In this document: positions 31,101 to 39,066 of the stretch, piece by piece | Layout: each line of letters opens with the position of its first letter | Position numbering within the stretch: position 1 is the stretch's first letter | Source: Candidatus Gygaella obscura | GTDB lineage: Bacteria; Omnitrophota; Gorgyraeia; Gygaellales; Gygaellaceae | Assembly: GCA_030765485.1 (NCBI GenBank) | Contig: JAVCCR010000014.1 | Coordinates: 14,332 to 78,331, forward strand | Direction: 5' to 3' | DNA length: 64,000 nt | The notes under the pieces: model-generated | What the model was told of the DNA's origin: nothing | Database searches by the model: none | What the model saw: the letters and a program-made list of their open reading frames with translations, nothing else | Program-made: the position numbers and the translations under genes

Positions 31101-31638
31101 CAATCTTGTGTTTGTTTTAAATACGTTTAATGTAGAGAATTTACCTGATTTTATTGAGTTTGCAGCTAGGCTTGGTGTAGATAGCGTAGTATGCAATTAC
31201 ATGACGATTTATTCTCAGAGTCATTTAAAATCTTCTTGCTTTTTTAAGCAAGATATCACTAATTCTATGATAGAAAAAGCTAAAGCAACTGCTTTAAAGC
31301 ACAATCTAATTGTTAATTTACCAGCGATGTTTAATGAAAACAGTTATCCTCGGGTTAAATGTTCTGATCCCTGGGAATATATCTATATAGAGACTGAAGG
31401 GTCAGTTTTGCCTTGCTGTTTTGCTGGGTCACATATAAGTTATTTATATCGTGATGATTTTAAGGAGATTTGGAACGGGCAGGTTTATCAGGAATTAAGA
31501 CGTTCTTTAAATAACGGCGGTCAGGCCCTATGGTGCAAGCATTGTATTAAAAATAATGCTTCAAATGTAAATAATTTGCGTTCTCACGTAAGTTTTCGAG
31601 AAGATATACAGAAGAATATCTTAGAATTCAATAAATAA
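25147..31638 (+). CDS. Giant multidomain protein: GT2 - coiled coil - GT2 - GT4 - radical SAM/SPASM - radical SAM/SPASM
   Basis: GT2 (VSIITVNFNG, LNNDT, EDVD), about 290-aa heptad region, second GT2 (ISLVMPNYNG, INND, WEDID), GT4 (TGVD, KVLEAMAVGLPVVST), CNSRCIMC..SGGEPF, CNANCVFC..CSDPW..PCC. Confidence 0.88.
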   Translation: MKNRFPKVSIITVNFNGKKFLKNLLDGLFFLNYPKDKTEIIFIDNGSSDGSVAFVKNKYPKVKIIRNKLNNYCVGINLGIKASKAEFVALLNNDTKVDKDWLVELVSCIRTGKNIAAVGSKVLKYDGLIQTAGHYELPNYYWGERHSGKKSASLSKREQVDSLCGASVIYNRALIFKLGLFDEDFIMYGEDVDISYRLRSAGYRLLVEPKSIVYHTFHGTASVELSNFYIERNRLLFIAKHMPDRLPGALLGNGYFVTTKNQHNKSGIYEVLSIVLRKLIDNSSLEKVNYLMPQIFAELRKIIAYENDYLSNEINKLRDNLDKTYKTYKKIDKELFDKKDELARKDEQKQKLDRQIKEIRINDLANLKRINNQQNLLLKQQQKEIVSVKKDVSKLSDSVNDREKQIIKRDSEYSKLKESIESLRDSIRSKDSQSNQHLFSIKRLGEEQQTLNSQLEKKKSEIVAKDYEISKLKENLAHSRDILDLKEADLKEKSNYIDQFSDSLRNVNTQLEIRIEELSKQFAFIQEEYDKKLKELHDSNINTEKLKAEIAGLDSGLKDKRNQLIDKDKELKASIEQIVCLRNEIDCIYSSKGYRFILSPIWKTIFLFKKFFSSLRQLLLKVKQILTSLVLKPVALIKKIARIILLVFNRTFLAKLFWFGVSAVCSFFVLLLFLGLSAEYLLWNLLRPVLSRIKPKRNPIKVNDSVKISLVMPNYNGIDILKEALPTIFSIERFANGNDEVLIVDDASKDGSVKFIKENYPKIKLIRNYRNKGFGYTSNRAVKSAKHEVVVLINNDIKLTKDFLKHLVDSLKDKNVFSVTPKLYGWDEKTFAWGMHMGHFENGYIRLWNECETGNGDRINRPSPSLFAIGGAMVFRKSDFIWLKGFDSIYKPNCWEDIDISYRAWKRGLKVIYEPRSLLFHKARATLTYERPKEIKNELLFTWKNITDKNILLNHINLLPDNFYRYRMSFLKGFLWALLFLPRALLHRLMERPFIKQDDSLIINHCMNYYRNFRLRGFKHLLPQEKKTILMVTSFLPFPLNIGGRIRIYNLAKQLSKKYNVMLLSLIDKEEELNCVPELKKVFKEVFTVFPKSPLNLKLFPERYKFSYSQILIEKLIELNNEYAIDFIQIESNELLYLQPYIDYTPVVYTEHDCSSLFYKNSYYKRNGFLADFFDYLKRVRFHILALSKLKHIIVLSKEDRSILRSFLPEKKFSLIPTGVDLEHFKFSETIKSRGNRLIYVGHYPHYPNEDAVVHFVKKIFPLIRKHVPDIEFHIVGSGVTDAVSNLAHSKGVKVIGEVEDVYDYLRFADIFVNPIRISSGIKGKVLEAMAVGLPVVSTKIGSSGITALGGKEIILVNSNINFARQVVRLVKNSELRLKIAKDARLFVEHNYDWQRVYTMLDSFFEDIYTLSLPEERANMDLANLVNTLNENLQDSIDQGDISYDFQNGPKELHIELDYHCNSRCIMCDLWDYSKRNNSKEVLTKNDIKKLLDTSNKLEHIDTVVLSGGEPFLKNDLFDICRILLQKYPHLSLGILTNGIDTQRIIDISVRVKNELRPANFWLGTSLDGVGQVHDYVRGRKGAYDAVIATIAQCRKNNIEITATFTITAENFDCLLPAKKVADSCGIDFYIQFVVPKQERSTSVFKFSNKALSRIEKDLFELIRQELEKTGFKDQASASEIEKNPGLLAKIYYLSHLKKYQTDPKRYFRKCVAGSRFAMIDPLGRLYFCPGLKNAAIGNIKKEKFDDLWMSDKANNTRKFIYKQLCNCWLVCIVFPVIDKFLFEKEEDVKIANSKNSSILKVEDKRISFCNEHKSLQEYNRRVNKDEFDKGEIILKSTPRGIGLGVHWKCNANCVFCLGGHPKLFNMDTYRKFFEEKLFDILPRADYLNLCGFGELLLMPQCNELLTYLNNSLPHINKIITTNGSTITDEVIGYLTSGRYSLQVSMHASNQKLHNMITNLNNFDFIVGQIKKMLRQRKDKSSPSVNLVFVLNTFNVENLPDFIEFAARLGVDSVVCNYMTIYSQSHLKSSCFFKQDITNSMIEKAKATALKHNLIVNLPAMFNENSYPRVKCSDPWEYIYIETEGSVLPCCFAGSHISYLYRDDFKEIWNGQVYQELRRSLNNGGQALWCKHCIKNNASNVNNLRSHVSFREDIQKNILEFNK

Positions 31639-31653
31639 TAATAAACAGATTAT

Positions 31654-34356
31654 ATGAAAATTGCTTTAGTGCAGTGTCCTGGTTGGGGTAGAGATTGTCC
31701 GCCTTATGCAATGGTTTTATTAGGTGCAATTTTAAAAAAAGCAGGTCACAAAGTTGATTATCTTGATATCAATAATGCTCTTTTTTGCAGTGGACCTGAT
31801 AAATATAGAAAATTTTGGGATGATAAAGATTTATATAGTTTTTGGTCATCAAAAAAAATGGTTGATGAGTTCATAAAGGACAACAAAAGGATGCTTGATT
31901 ATCAGGTGGATAGGATTTTATCTTCTGGTGTAAAGATGGTAGGTTTTACAGTACAGTTTAGTTCTTTGATTCTTAGCCTTGAGTTGGCCAAACGTATAAA
32001 GCAGCAGGATAATAGCCGTATAATTGTTTTTGGCGGGCCGGATTGCTCAAGGGAGCTTCGTGGTTTGGAAATAGCCAGAAATAAGTTTGTGGATATAGTT
32101 TGTGTTGGGGAGGGGGAAGAGGTTATAGTTGATGTTGCTTCGCTTATAGAAGGGGAAAATCGATTAGAGTTTATAAAGGGAACTTTGATAAAAGCTAAGG
32201 ATTCTTTTATTGATTGCGGTGATAGGAAGGTTATCAAGGGTTTAGACGATTTGCCTTTTCCGGATTATAAGGCGTTTGAGGAGGATATATCCTGTCGGCT
32301 TTATGCCCAGCCCGAACGTTTAGATATTTTTGATAGTCGGGGATGTCCGAGGCAGTGTCATTTCTGCAGCGAGTGGCAGTATTGGAAGAATTTCCGTTTT
32401 ATGAGCGGAGATAAGATGTTTTCTGAGGTTTGTAATGGGGTGAAGAATTTTCCTGGTGTAGATTATTTTTATTTTATCGGATCTTTGTTAAATGGTAACC
32501 TAAAGGCGCTTTCGCGTTTTTGTGATTTAGTGATTGAACACGATTTAAATATAAGATGGGCCGGACAGGTAATTATAAGGCCGGAAATGGACAAGGAGCT
32601 GCTTCAGAAGATGAAGTTAGCTGGGTGTGAGTGGTTAAGCTATGGAGTGGAAAGCGGGTCACAGAGGGTTTTAAATAAGATGAATAAAAGGTTCAGCCTT
32701 CAAGTAGCCGAAGAGGTAATTAGGAATACTCATTTGGCAGGGATTAATCAACAGGTTAATTTTATGTTTGGTTTTCCTACGGAAACAGAAGTTGAAGCAG
32801 ATGAAACAATTAATCTCTTGAAGAAAATAAGGAAAAATATCGATTCTGTATTGGCTAGCCAGTCTTTTTGTGTTATTGATAAAGGCACATATATTTATGA
32901 ACACCCAGAGGAGTTTTCACTTATCGATAAGGAACACCATCTTTTTTGGGAAAGCAAAGACAACACCTATCTTATTAGGTTTAATAGATATGAGAAGTTT
33001 TGTAAAGAAGCCTTGGCTTTGGGCCTGCCTGAAACCTCAGGACTTTTGAGAAATAAACCAGATAAATGGAGTCTTTTGGGCGAGTACCATTTATACAAAA
33101 AAGATTATGAAAATGCTATAGTTTGTTTTAAGAAAGCTTTTGACAAAGAATTTTTAAAGGAAAACATCCAAGAAAAAATAAATAAGTGCCGTGATTTATT
33201 AAGTCAGGAAACACTAGTTATCGAAAAGCCGAGTTTAGTTTCGTTTGAAGTTAAAAAAGATCAAATATTGCAGGATCATTCTTTTTTAAGCGATAGGTAT
33301 AAAGATATCGCGTGTTATCTTCTTAACCACGGCTTGGATTTAAAGCTGAAGAATTTTCTTTTGGTAGAGAAGGAAAAGATGCAGAGAAAAGAGGTTTTAT
33401 CCGGCTATCCTTATTGGTGTGTAATTGACCCAGCGAATTACTGCAACCTTAAGTGCCCATTTTGTCCTACCGGTCAAGGACGAAACTCTCGTTTTAGATC
33501 GATCTTATCACTAGATAATTATAAACGAATCATTGAAGAGATCGGACCTTATCTTATACATATTGATTTTTGTAATTGGGGAGAACCTTTTTTAAACCCG
33601 AATATTTTCGAGATGATCAGGCTTGCTAAAGAATATGATATTGATACAAAGGTTGATTCAAATTTTAATTTACTTACAGAAAATGATTTGGATAGGTTGA
33701 TAGCATCAGGTCTTGATAAGGTTATAGTATCGATTGATGGAGTTAGCGAAGAAACTTATTCAAAATATAGAGTAGGCGGTAATTATTATAAGGCAATGGA
33801 TAATATGAAGAAGCTGATTGAGAAAAAAAGACGCTTGAATAGTTTAAATCCGCAGGTTCATTGGCAATTTCTGGTATTTAGGCATAATGAACATGAGATA
33901 GAACAGGCCAAAAGAATAGCCGATAATCTGGGCGTTGATCATCTAGGCATAACTAAAGCATTTATTGGTAACAAAGATTGGTTCCCTGAGAATAAAGAAT
34001 ATAGTAATTATCACGGTGATACTTTAAAGGATGTTGATAGCGCTAAGGATACAGCTTTGTTATTTAAGGATAGTAGTTCAAAGATTTGTTATTGGCCGTG
34101 GGAGGCGATAGCTATTAATCCTAATGGTTCAGTATCAGTCTGTTGCTCGGTAGAGGAAGAAAAAGATGATTTTGGCAATATTTTTAATCAGCCTTTTAAT
34201 AAGCTATGGAATAACGATAAATACGTTTCTGCAAGAAGATTTTTGGTAAACAGAGGCAATAATGGACATAAACATTCCGAGGATAATATATGTTTTAGGT
34301 GTAAACACATAGGAATGATTAATATCAGTTTAGCTTCTATGAGCAGTTTTCAATAA
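31654..34356 (+). CDS. B12-binding radical SAM + TPR + radical SAM/SPASM fusion
   Basis: PPYAMVLL, VFGGP, GEGE, SRGCPRQCHFC, YGVESGS; TPR LGEYHLYKKDYENAIVCFKKA; CNLKCPFC..NWGEP..CYWPW..CC..CFRC. Confidence 0.88.
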   Translation: MKIALVQCPGWGRDCPPYAMVLLGAILKKAGHKVDYLDINNALFCSGPDKYRKFWDDKDLYSFWSSKKMVDEFIKDNKRMLDYQVDRILSSGVKMVGFTVQFSSLILSLELAKRIKQQDNSRIIVFGGPDCSRELRGLEIARNKFVDIVCVGEGEEVIVDVASLIEGENRLEFIKGTLIKAKDSFIDCGDRKVIKGLDDLPFPDYKAFEEDISCRLYAQPERLDIFDSRGCPRQCHFCSEWQYWKNFRFMSGDKMFSEVCNGVKNFPGVDYFYFIGSLLNGNLKALSRFCDLVIEHDLNIRWAGQVIIRPEMDKELLQKMKLAGCEWLSYGVESGSQRVLNKMNKRFSLQVAEEVIRNTHLAGINQQVNFMFGFPTETEVEADETINLLKKIRKNIDSVLASQSFCVIDKGTYIYEHPEEFSLIDKEHHLFWESKDNTYLIRFNRYEKFCKEALALGLPETSGLLRNKPDKWSLLGEYHLYKKDYENAIVCFKKAFDKEFLKENIQEKINKCRDLLSQETLVIEKPSLVSFEVKKDQILQDHSFLSDRYKDIACYLLNHGLDLKLKNFLLVEKEKMQRKEVLSGYPYWCVIDPANYCNLKCPFCPTGQGRNSRFRSILSLDNYKRIIEEIGPYLIHIDFCNWGEPFLNPNIFEMIRLAKEYDIDTKVDSNFNLLTENDLDRLIASGLDKVIVSIDGVSEETYSKYRVGGNYYKAMDNMKKLIEKKRRLNSLNPQVHWQFLVFRHNEHEIEQAKRIADNLGVDHLGITKAFIGNKDWFPENKEYSNYHGDTLKDVDSAKDTALLFKDSSSKICYWPWEAIAINPNGSVSVCCSVEEEKDDFGNIFNQPFNKLWNNDKYVSARRFLVNRGNNGHKHSEDNICFRCKHIGMINISLASMSSFQ
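32757..32791 (+). repeat. 35-bp near-identical repeat (copy 1) shared by paralogous B12-rSAM modules
   Basis: TAATTTTATGTTTGGTTTTCCTACgGAAACAGAAG; second copy at 36827-36861 differs at one base. Confidence 0.8.
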
Positions 34357-34364
34357 TAGGTAAT

Positions 34365-37310
34365 ATGGAAAAAGAAAAAAGAATAAAGTTTGTTTGGAAT
34401 CTGCATTATGCCTGTAATTACAGGTGTAGTTACTGTAATTTTAATGGTAGCTGGGATGAGCTTTCAGTAAAAAATAAGAAAATTAGCAAGAATGATTGGA
34501 TTAAGGCATGGGATAGGATTTATGATTTATATGGAAGCGTTGATATTCATCTTGTTGGTGGAGAGCCTTGCATATATCCTGATTTTACTGAGATTGTTTG
34601 TAGAATCTCAAAGAAGCATTTTTTAGGTCTTACTACTAATCTTTCAGTTGATTTTAAAAGGTTTGCTGACAGTGTTTCGCCGAAAAGATTTGAGTTTGGT
34701 ATAGGGGCTAGTTTTCATCCGCAGTACGTTAAATTTGAAGACTTTCTAAGTAAGGTGATTGAATTGAAGAATAAAGGGTTTAAAATCTGGGTAAATTATG
34801 TTGCCTATCCGCCCCAGATTGATAAAATGAATTTTTTTAAAAGCACACTTCAAAAACACGGTATTCCTTTTGTCGTACAGCCGTTTCGTGGGACATATAA
34901 TGATAAAATTTACCCTGAGGCTTATACCGATAGTGATCGGTCTATTATTAAGGATATTGCCGGTACGGATTCAAGTATTCAGCAAGACATGCAGTATCAG
35001 TTGGATCGCAAGAATACAAAAGGAGTGCTTTGTAGGGCAGGGCAGATCTTAGCACATATAGAACCCGATGGCACAGTTAAAAGATGTGGTTTGATTGAAA
35101 AGCCTATTGGTAATATATTCGATGCAAACTTTCGATTATTAGATAAACCTTTACCTTGCACTGAAGAACATTGTCCTTGTGATTATATATATTTGGTAGA
35201 TTCGAATGAAAAATTAAATGAGTATTCTGCGAAAAGACAAGATAATATCTCGGAAAAAGAAGCAAGCGCACATGTGGTTGTTGATTTGATTGAAGAGGCT
35301 GAATTTTGTCTGTTTAAGCTGGAGGATTTTGATACCGCAGAGGCATTGATAAAAAAGGCACTTGCAAAAGATAAAGATAATATTTGGGGGCTAAGGGTTT
35401 TAGCTAACATTTTTAGAAGAAAAGCTGAAAGTAATAATAATGATAATCTTTTGCTTCAAAAGGCAAGAGAAGTTATTGATGATGCGTTATTTATAAGCAA
35501 AGGGGATTCATGTGTGCTTGCTGAATCAGCGCGGATTTATCTTGCGCAGAATCAATATAGAAAGGCAGATTTTGAAATTGTTAAGGCGATTAAAAAAGAT
35601 TCGGAAAATACATATTTTCAGGAGGTGAATCAGAAGATAAAAGATACGGCCTTGTCTTCTATTGATAAGAATTCTTTATCCGTTTCTAATGATCATTTAG
35701 ATATGATGCTTGTTTTGACTCCGGGGTGGGGTAGGGAATCGGCTCCGTTTGCTCTGGCGTCTTTGACAGGTCTTTTGAGGAAGCATAATTTTATAGTTAA
35801 ATCGTTTGATATTAATAATTTTATTTTTCATAGACTTTCTTCTGATAAAAGCAGTGTACAGTTGTGGGATTGGGAGCAGTGCGGTTTTTGGGACGATCGG
35901 CCGTCTGTCGAAAATTTTATCAATAAAAATTCTATTTTAATAGATTCTATAGTTGATTCTATCCTTAAGCAAAAACCAGAGGTTATCGGTTTCTCGGTAT
36001 ATCTGACAACTAAAATAATGAGTCTTGAGTTTGCAAGACGCATAAAAGCAAAAAATCCTAATATTTTAATAGTGTTTGGTGGTTCGCAGTGTCGCCGAAA
36101 AGAAAACTGGAGAGAGCTTATTGAAAATGATTTTGTCGATGCAATTATTTTAGATGATGCAGAAGCAACAATTATCGATTTTTTGAATATTTTTAAGAAA
36201 GAAAAAAAGATTAAATATTGTCCTGGTCTTATTTATCGTGATGGTACTGATATTATAGATTGTGGTGATAGGTCTGTTGTTGATTTAGATGATTTGCCTT
36301 TTGCCGATTTTAGTGATTTTGATTTTAAAAGCTATAAATGCCCGCATATTATCAAAATTGCTTTTAGCCGTGGTTGTACAGAAGGTTGCGCTTATTGTAG
36401 TGCTCGTACAGTATGGCGGGGTTTTAGGACAATGAATGGAGAGAGGATTTTTAATGAGATAAAGTTTCAGGTCGAGAATTTTCATAAGAGAATGGATTAT
36501 TCAATGATCCCTCATTTAATTTTCCTCGATTCTTTAATCAACGCAAATATGCTTGTATTGAAGGATTGGCTTATGCGGTTAGTGGAAGTACGCAAGGATA
36601 AAAATGGTCCGCTTTTTAATTTTATCTGGAGAGCGCAAGCGATTATACGACCGGAAATGAATGAGGAGATTATATCCTTGATCAAGGATTCAGGGTGTGT
36701 AGAGATAAATTATGGGATAGAAAGCGGTTCTGCAAAGGTCTTAAAAGATATGCGAAAAAGATATACGCCTGAGATTGCAGAAAAGGTAGTTCGTTGTATT
36801 TACAAATATGGTATACCGGCAAAAGCTAATTTTATGTTTGGTTTTCCTACCGAAACAGAAGAAGATTTTAAAGGTACACTAAATTTTATTCAAAGGAATG
36901 CCCGATTTATGACAGAGGTTTATCCTAGCAGGACATTTTGTGCTATTGAGAGATTCACTTATCTGTTTGAAAATAGGGAAAAATTCGGAATTTTACCGCA
37001 AAAGCAGGAAAACCATCTTTTTTGGCAATCGCAGAACGGAAAGAATAATTATCTTGTAAGAGTGGAAAGATATTTTGCCTTCTGTAAGCTACTTGCAAAT
37101 CTTGATCATAAGCCTTTGGTGACGGGGGTTGATAATATTGAACGGGACAAGTGGCTTTCTCTCGGACAGTATTATCAGTATGAACAGGATTTTACCAAGG
37201 CGTTAGAGTGTTATGATAATTATATTAAGTTAAACGGAGTTATTGATTCAGTGGAAGAGTCTATGAATATATGCAAAGCCTATTTATCCAAAAGAGAGAC
37301 GAAAATCTAA
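34365..37310 (+). CDS. Radical SAM + TPR + B12-binding radical SAM + TPR fusion
   Basis: CNYRCSYC..GGEP; TPRs; APFALASL, VFGGS, SRGCTEGCAYC, YGIESGS, NFMFGFPTETE; C-terminal TPR. Confidence 0.88.
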   Translation: MEKEKRIKFVWNLHYACNYRCSYCNFNGSWDELSVKNKKISKNDWIKAWDRIYDLYGSVDIHLVGGEPCIYPDFTEIVCRISKKHFLGLTTNLSVDFKRFADSVSPKRFEFGIGASFHPQYVKFEDFLSKVIELKNKGFKIWVNYVAYPPQIDKMNFFKSTLQKHGIPFVVQPFRGTYNDKIYPEAYTDSDRSIIKDIAGTDSSIQQDMQYQLDRKNTKGVLCRAGQILAHIEPDGTVKRCGLIEKPIGNIFDANFRLLDKPLPCTEEHCPCDYIYLVDSNEKLNEYSAKRQDNISEKEASAHVVVDLIEEAEFCLFKLEDFDTAEALIKKALAKDKDNIWGLRVLANIFRRKAESNNNDNLLLQKAREVIDDALFISKGDSCVLAESARIYLAQNQYRKADFEIVKAIKKDSENTYFQEVNQKIKDTALSSIDKNSLSVSNDHLDMMLVLTPGWGRESAPFALASLTGLLRKHNFIVKSFDINNFIFHRLSSDKSSVQLWDWEQCGFWDDRPSVENFINKNSILIDSIVDSILKQKPEVIGFSVYLTTKIMSLEFARRIKAKNPNILIVFGGSQCRRKENWRELIENDFVDAIILDDAEATIIDFLNIFKKEKKIKYCPGLIYRDGTDIIDCGDRSVVDLDDLPFADFSDFDFKSYKCPHIIKIAFSRGCTEGCAYCSARTVWRGFRTMNGERIFNEIKFQVENFHKRMDYSMIPHLIFLDSLINANMLVLKDWLMRLVEVRKDKNGPLFNFIWRAQAIIRPEMNEEIISLIKDSGCVEINYGIESGSAKVLKDMRKRYTPEIAEKVVRCIYKYGIPAKANFMFGFPTETEEDFKGTLNFIQRNARFMTEVYPSRTFCAIERFTYLFENREKFGILPQKQENHLFWQSQNGKNNYLVRVERYFAFCKLLANLDHKPLVTGVDNIERDKWLSLGQYYQYEQDFTKALECYDNYIKLNGVIDSVEESMNICKAYLSKRETKI
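36827..36861 (+). repeat. 35-bp near-identical repeat (copy 2)
   Basis: TAATTTTATGTTTGGTTTTCCTACcGAAACAGAAG, encoding NFMFGFPTETE. Confidence 0.8.
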
Positions 37311-37315
37311 TTTTT

Positions 37316-37996
37316 ATGGATAGATATGATAATGTTTCAATAATTATAGCATTTAAGGAAGAAAACGATTCCATTAAACAGGTTGTAAATGGTCTTGATG
37401 GTTTTAATTCCGAAAAGATTTTAATTGGAAAAGGTTTTTCTAAAGAAACACTTATGTTTTTGCAATCAAAAGGTGCAAAAGTTCATATTGTTGATGACCG
37501 GGGAAAAGGGCATGCTCTTCGCATTGGAGCAAAGATTGCTACTCGTGATATTCTGCTTTTTATTGACGCTGATGGTTCGCATATTCCTAGCGAAATCCCT
37601 TCTCTTGTAAGCCCGATTCTGGAGAATAAGGTTTCTTTGGTGGTTGCTTCTCGAGTATTAGGCCATAGCGAAGAGTATCATAATAATACAATTGAGAAAA
37701 TAAGACTTTTTGGTAACGTGATTGCAACAGGTATTATTAATTTTAGATGGAGTATCAGGTTGACTGATTCACAAAATGGTTTTCGGGCGATTAAAAGAAA
37801 TGTTTTTCAGAAACTTGATTTAAGAGAAGACGAATTTGCCATTGAGCAGGAAATGATTATGAAGTGCTTACGGATGAAAGAAAAGGTTTTGGAAGTGCCT
37901 AGCCATGAATTGCGTAGGGTATCAGGTTGTTCGAAGTTGAATACAATCACTATGTTACCCAAGTACATTTTTTGCCTGATTAAAAACATCATATGA
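37316..37996 (+). CDS. GT2 polyprenol-phosphate glycosyltransferase (DPM1-like)
   Basis: GKGHAL, FIDADGSH, LVVASR, LTDSQNGFRA, FAIEQE. ATG at 37316 preferred over 37271. Confidence 0.87.
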   Translation: MDRYDNVSIIIAFKEENDSIKQVVNGLDGFNSEKILIGKGFSKETLMFLQSKGAKVHIVDDRGKGHALRIGAKIATRDILLFIDADGSHIPSEIPSLVSPILENKVSLVVASRVLGHSEEYHNNTIEKIRLFGNVIATGIINFRWSIRLTDSQNGFRAIKRNVFQKLDLREDEFAIEQEMIMKCLRMKEKVLEVPSHELRRVSGCSKLNTITMLPKYIFCLIKNII

Positions 37997-39066
37997 TACG
38001 GACTATTCATTTATTAAAAAGCATAACTCTTTCTAATTTTTTAAGATTAAAATACCCTTATAAACTTACTTATGCCGTAACTTACAGGTGTAATTTGAAA
38101 TGTAAGATGTGCGCTATATGGAAAAAAGATTTATCTCAAGAACTATCTCTTGATGAAATTAACCGGTTTTTTAACAAATCGGGATTTTTTTCATGGATTG
38201 ATCTTACTGGAGGAGAGATTTTTTTAAGGGAAGATATATTTGATATATTAAGCATAATTTTAAATAATTGTTCTCGATTGAAGATAATCCATTTTCCAAC
38301 TAATGGACAGTTTCCCGAAGAAGCTCTGAAGTTTTTAATGATTGTTAATAAAACTAAAGGTGTTGTTCCCGTTGTGACTGTGAGTATTGATGGTGAGGAA
38401 GCTTTAAGCGATGACATAAGAGGGGTTAAAGGAGCTTGGAGAAACGCAGTAAACACTTTCAAAATTATCAAAGAATCAGGTTGTTCTTTTTGTTCGTTTG
38501 GCATTACTATCTCCCGCTATAATGTTCATTATTTAAGCCTTGAGCGTATTATATCTCAGGTTGTTAAAATTTATCCTGATATAGATAAGTCTGATTTTCA
38601 TTTTAACATTGCCCATTCATCTGAACATTATTACAGCAATCCATCAGAGGAAAATATGTTTAATGATTCTTATAGAGTTAAATTGTCTAATTTGTTACTT
38701 TTGAATAACAAAAACAGAATAAAAGGATTTTTACAAAATAATTATCTTTCTGGAATTAACAAGATTCTTAGAAATGGTGAATTTATGCCTTGCCAATCTC
38801 TTTCTGGTACATGTTTTTTAAATCCAGAGGGGTATTTGTATCCTTGTTCTATATATAATAGAAGATTATCACATATTCAAGAGATTGATTATGATGTGAG
38901 GCAGTATTGGGAAAATAAAGATTTAATTTGCTTATATAGGGATTTACAGTCTGGTAAGTGCCCCAAGTGCTGGACACCATGTGAAGCTTTCCCTAGCATA
39001 TTAGGATCTATATTAAGAAAACCGAGTAATATTAAAAAAAATATATTATGCAGACAAAGCGAATAG
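37993..39066 (+). CDS. Radical SAM/SPASM protein
   Basis: CNLKCKMC, LTGGE, SIDG..DDIRG, CQSL..YPC..CPKCWTPC. Confidence 0.87.
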   Translation: MIRTIHLLKSITLSNFLRLKYPYKLTYAVTYRCNLKCKMCAIWKKDLSQELSLDEINRFFNKSGFFSWIDLTGGEIFLREDIFDILSIILNNCSRLKIIHFPTNGQFPEEALKFLMIVNKTKGVVPVVTVSIDGEEALSDDIRGVKGAWRNAVNTFKIIKESGCSFCSFGITISRYNVHYLSLERIISQVVKIYPDIDKSDFHFNIAHSSEHYYSNPSEENMFNDSYRVKLSNLLLLNNKNRIKGFLQNNYLSGINKILRNGEFMPCQSLSGTCFLNPEGYLYPCSIYNRRLSHIQEIDYDVRQYWENKDLICLYRDLQSGKCPKCWTPCEAFPSILGSILRKPSNIKKNILCRQSE

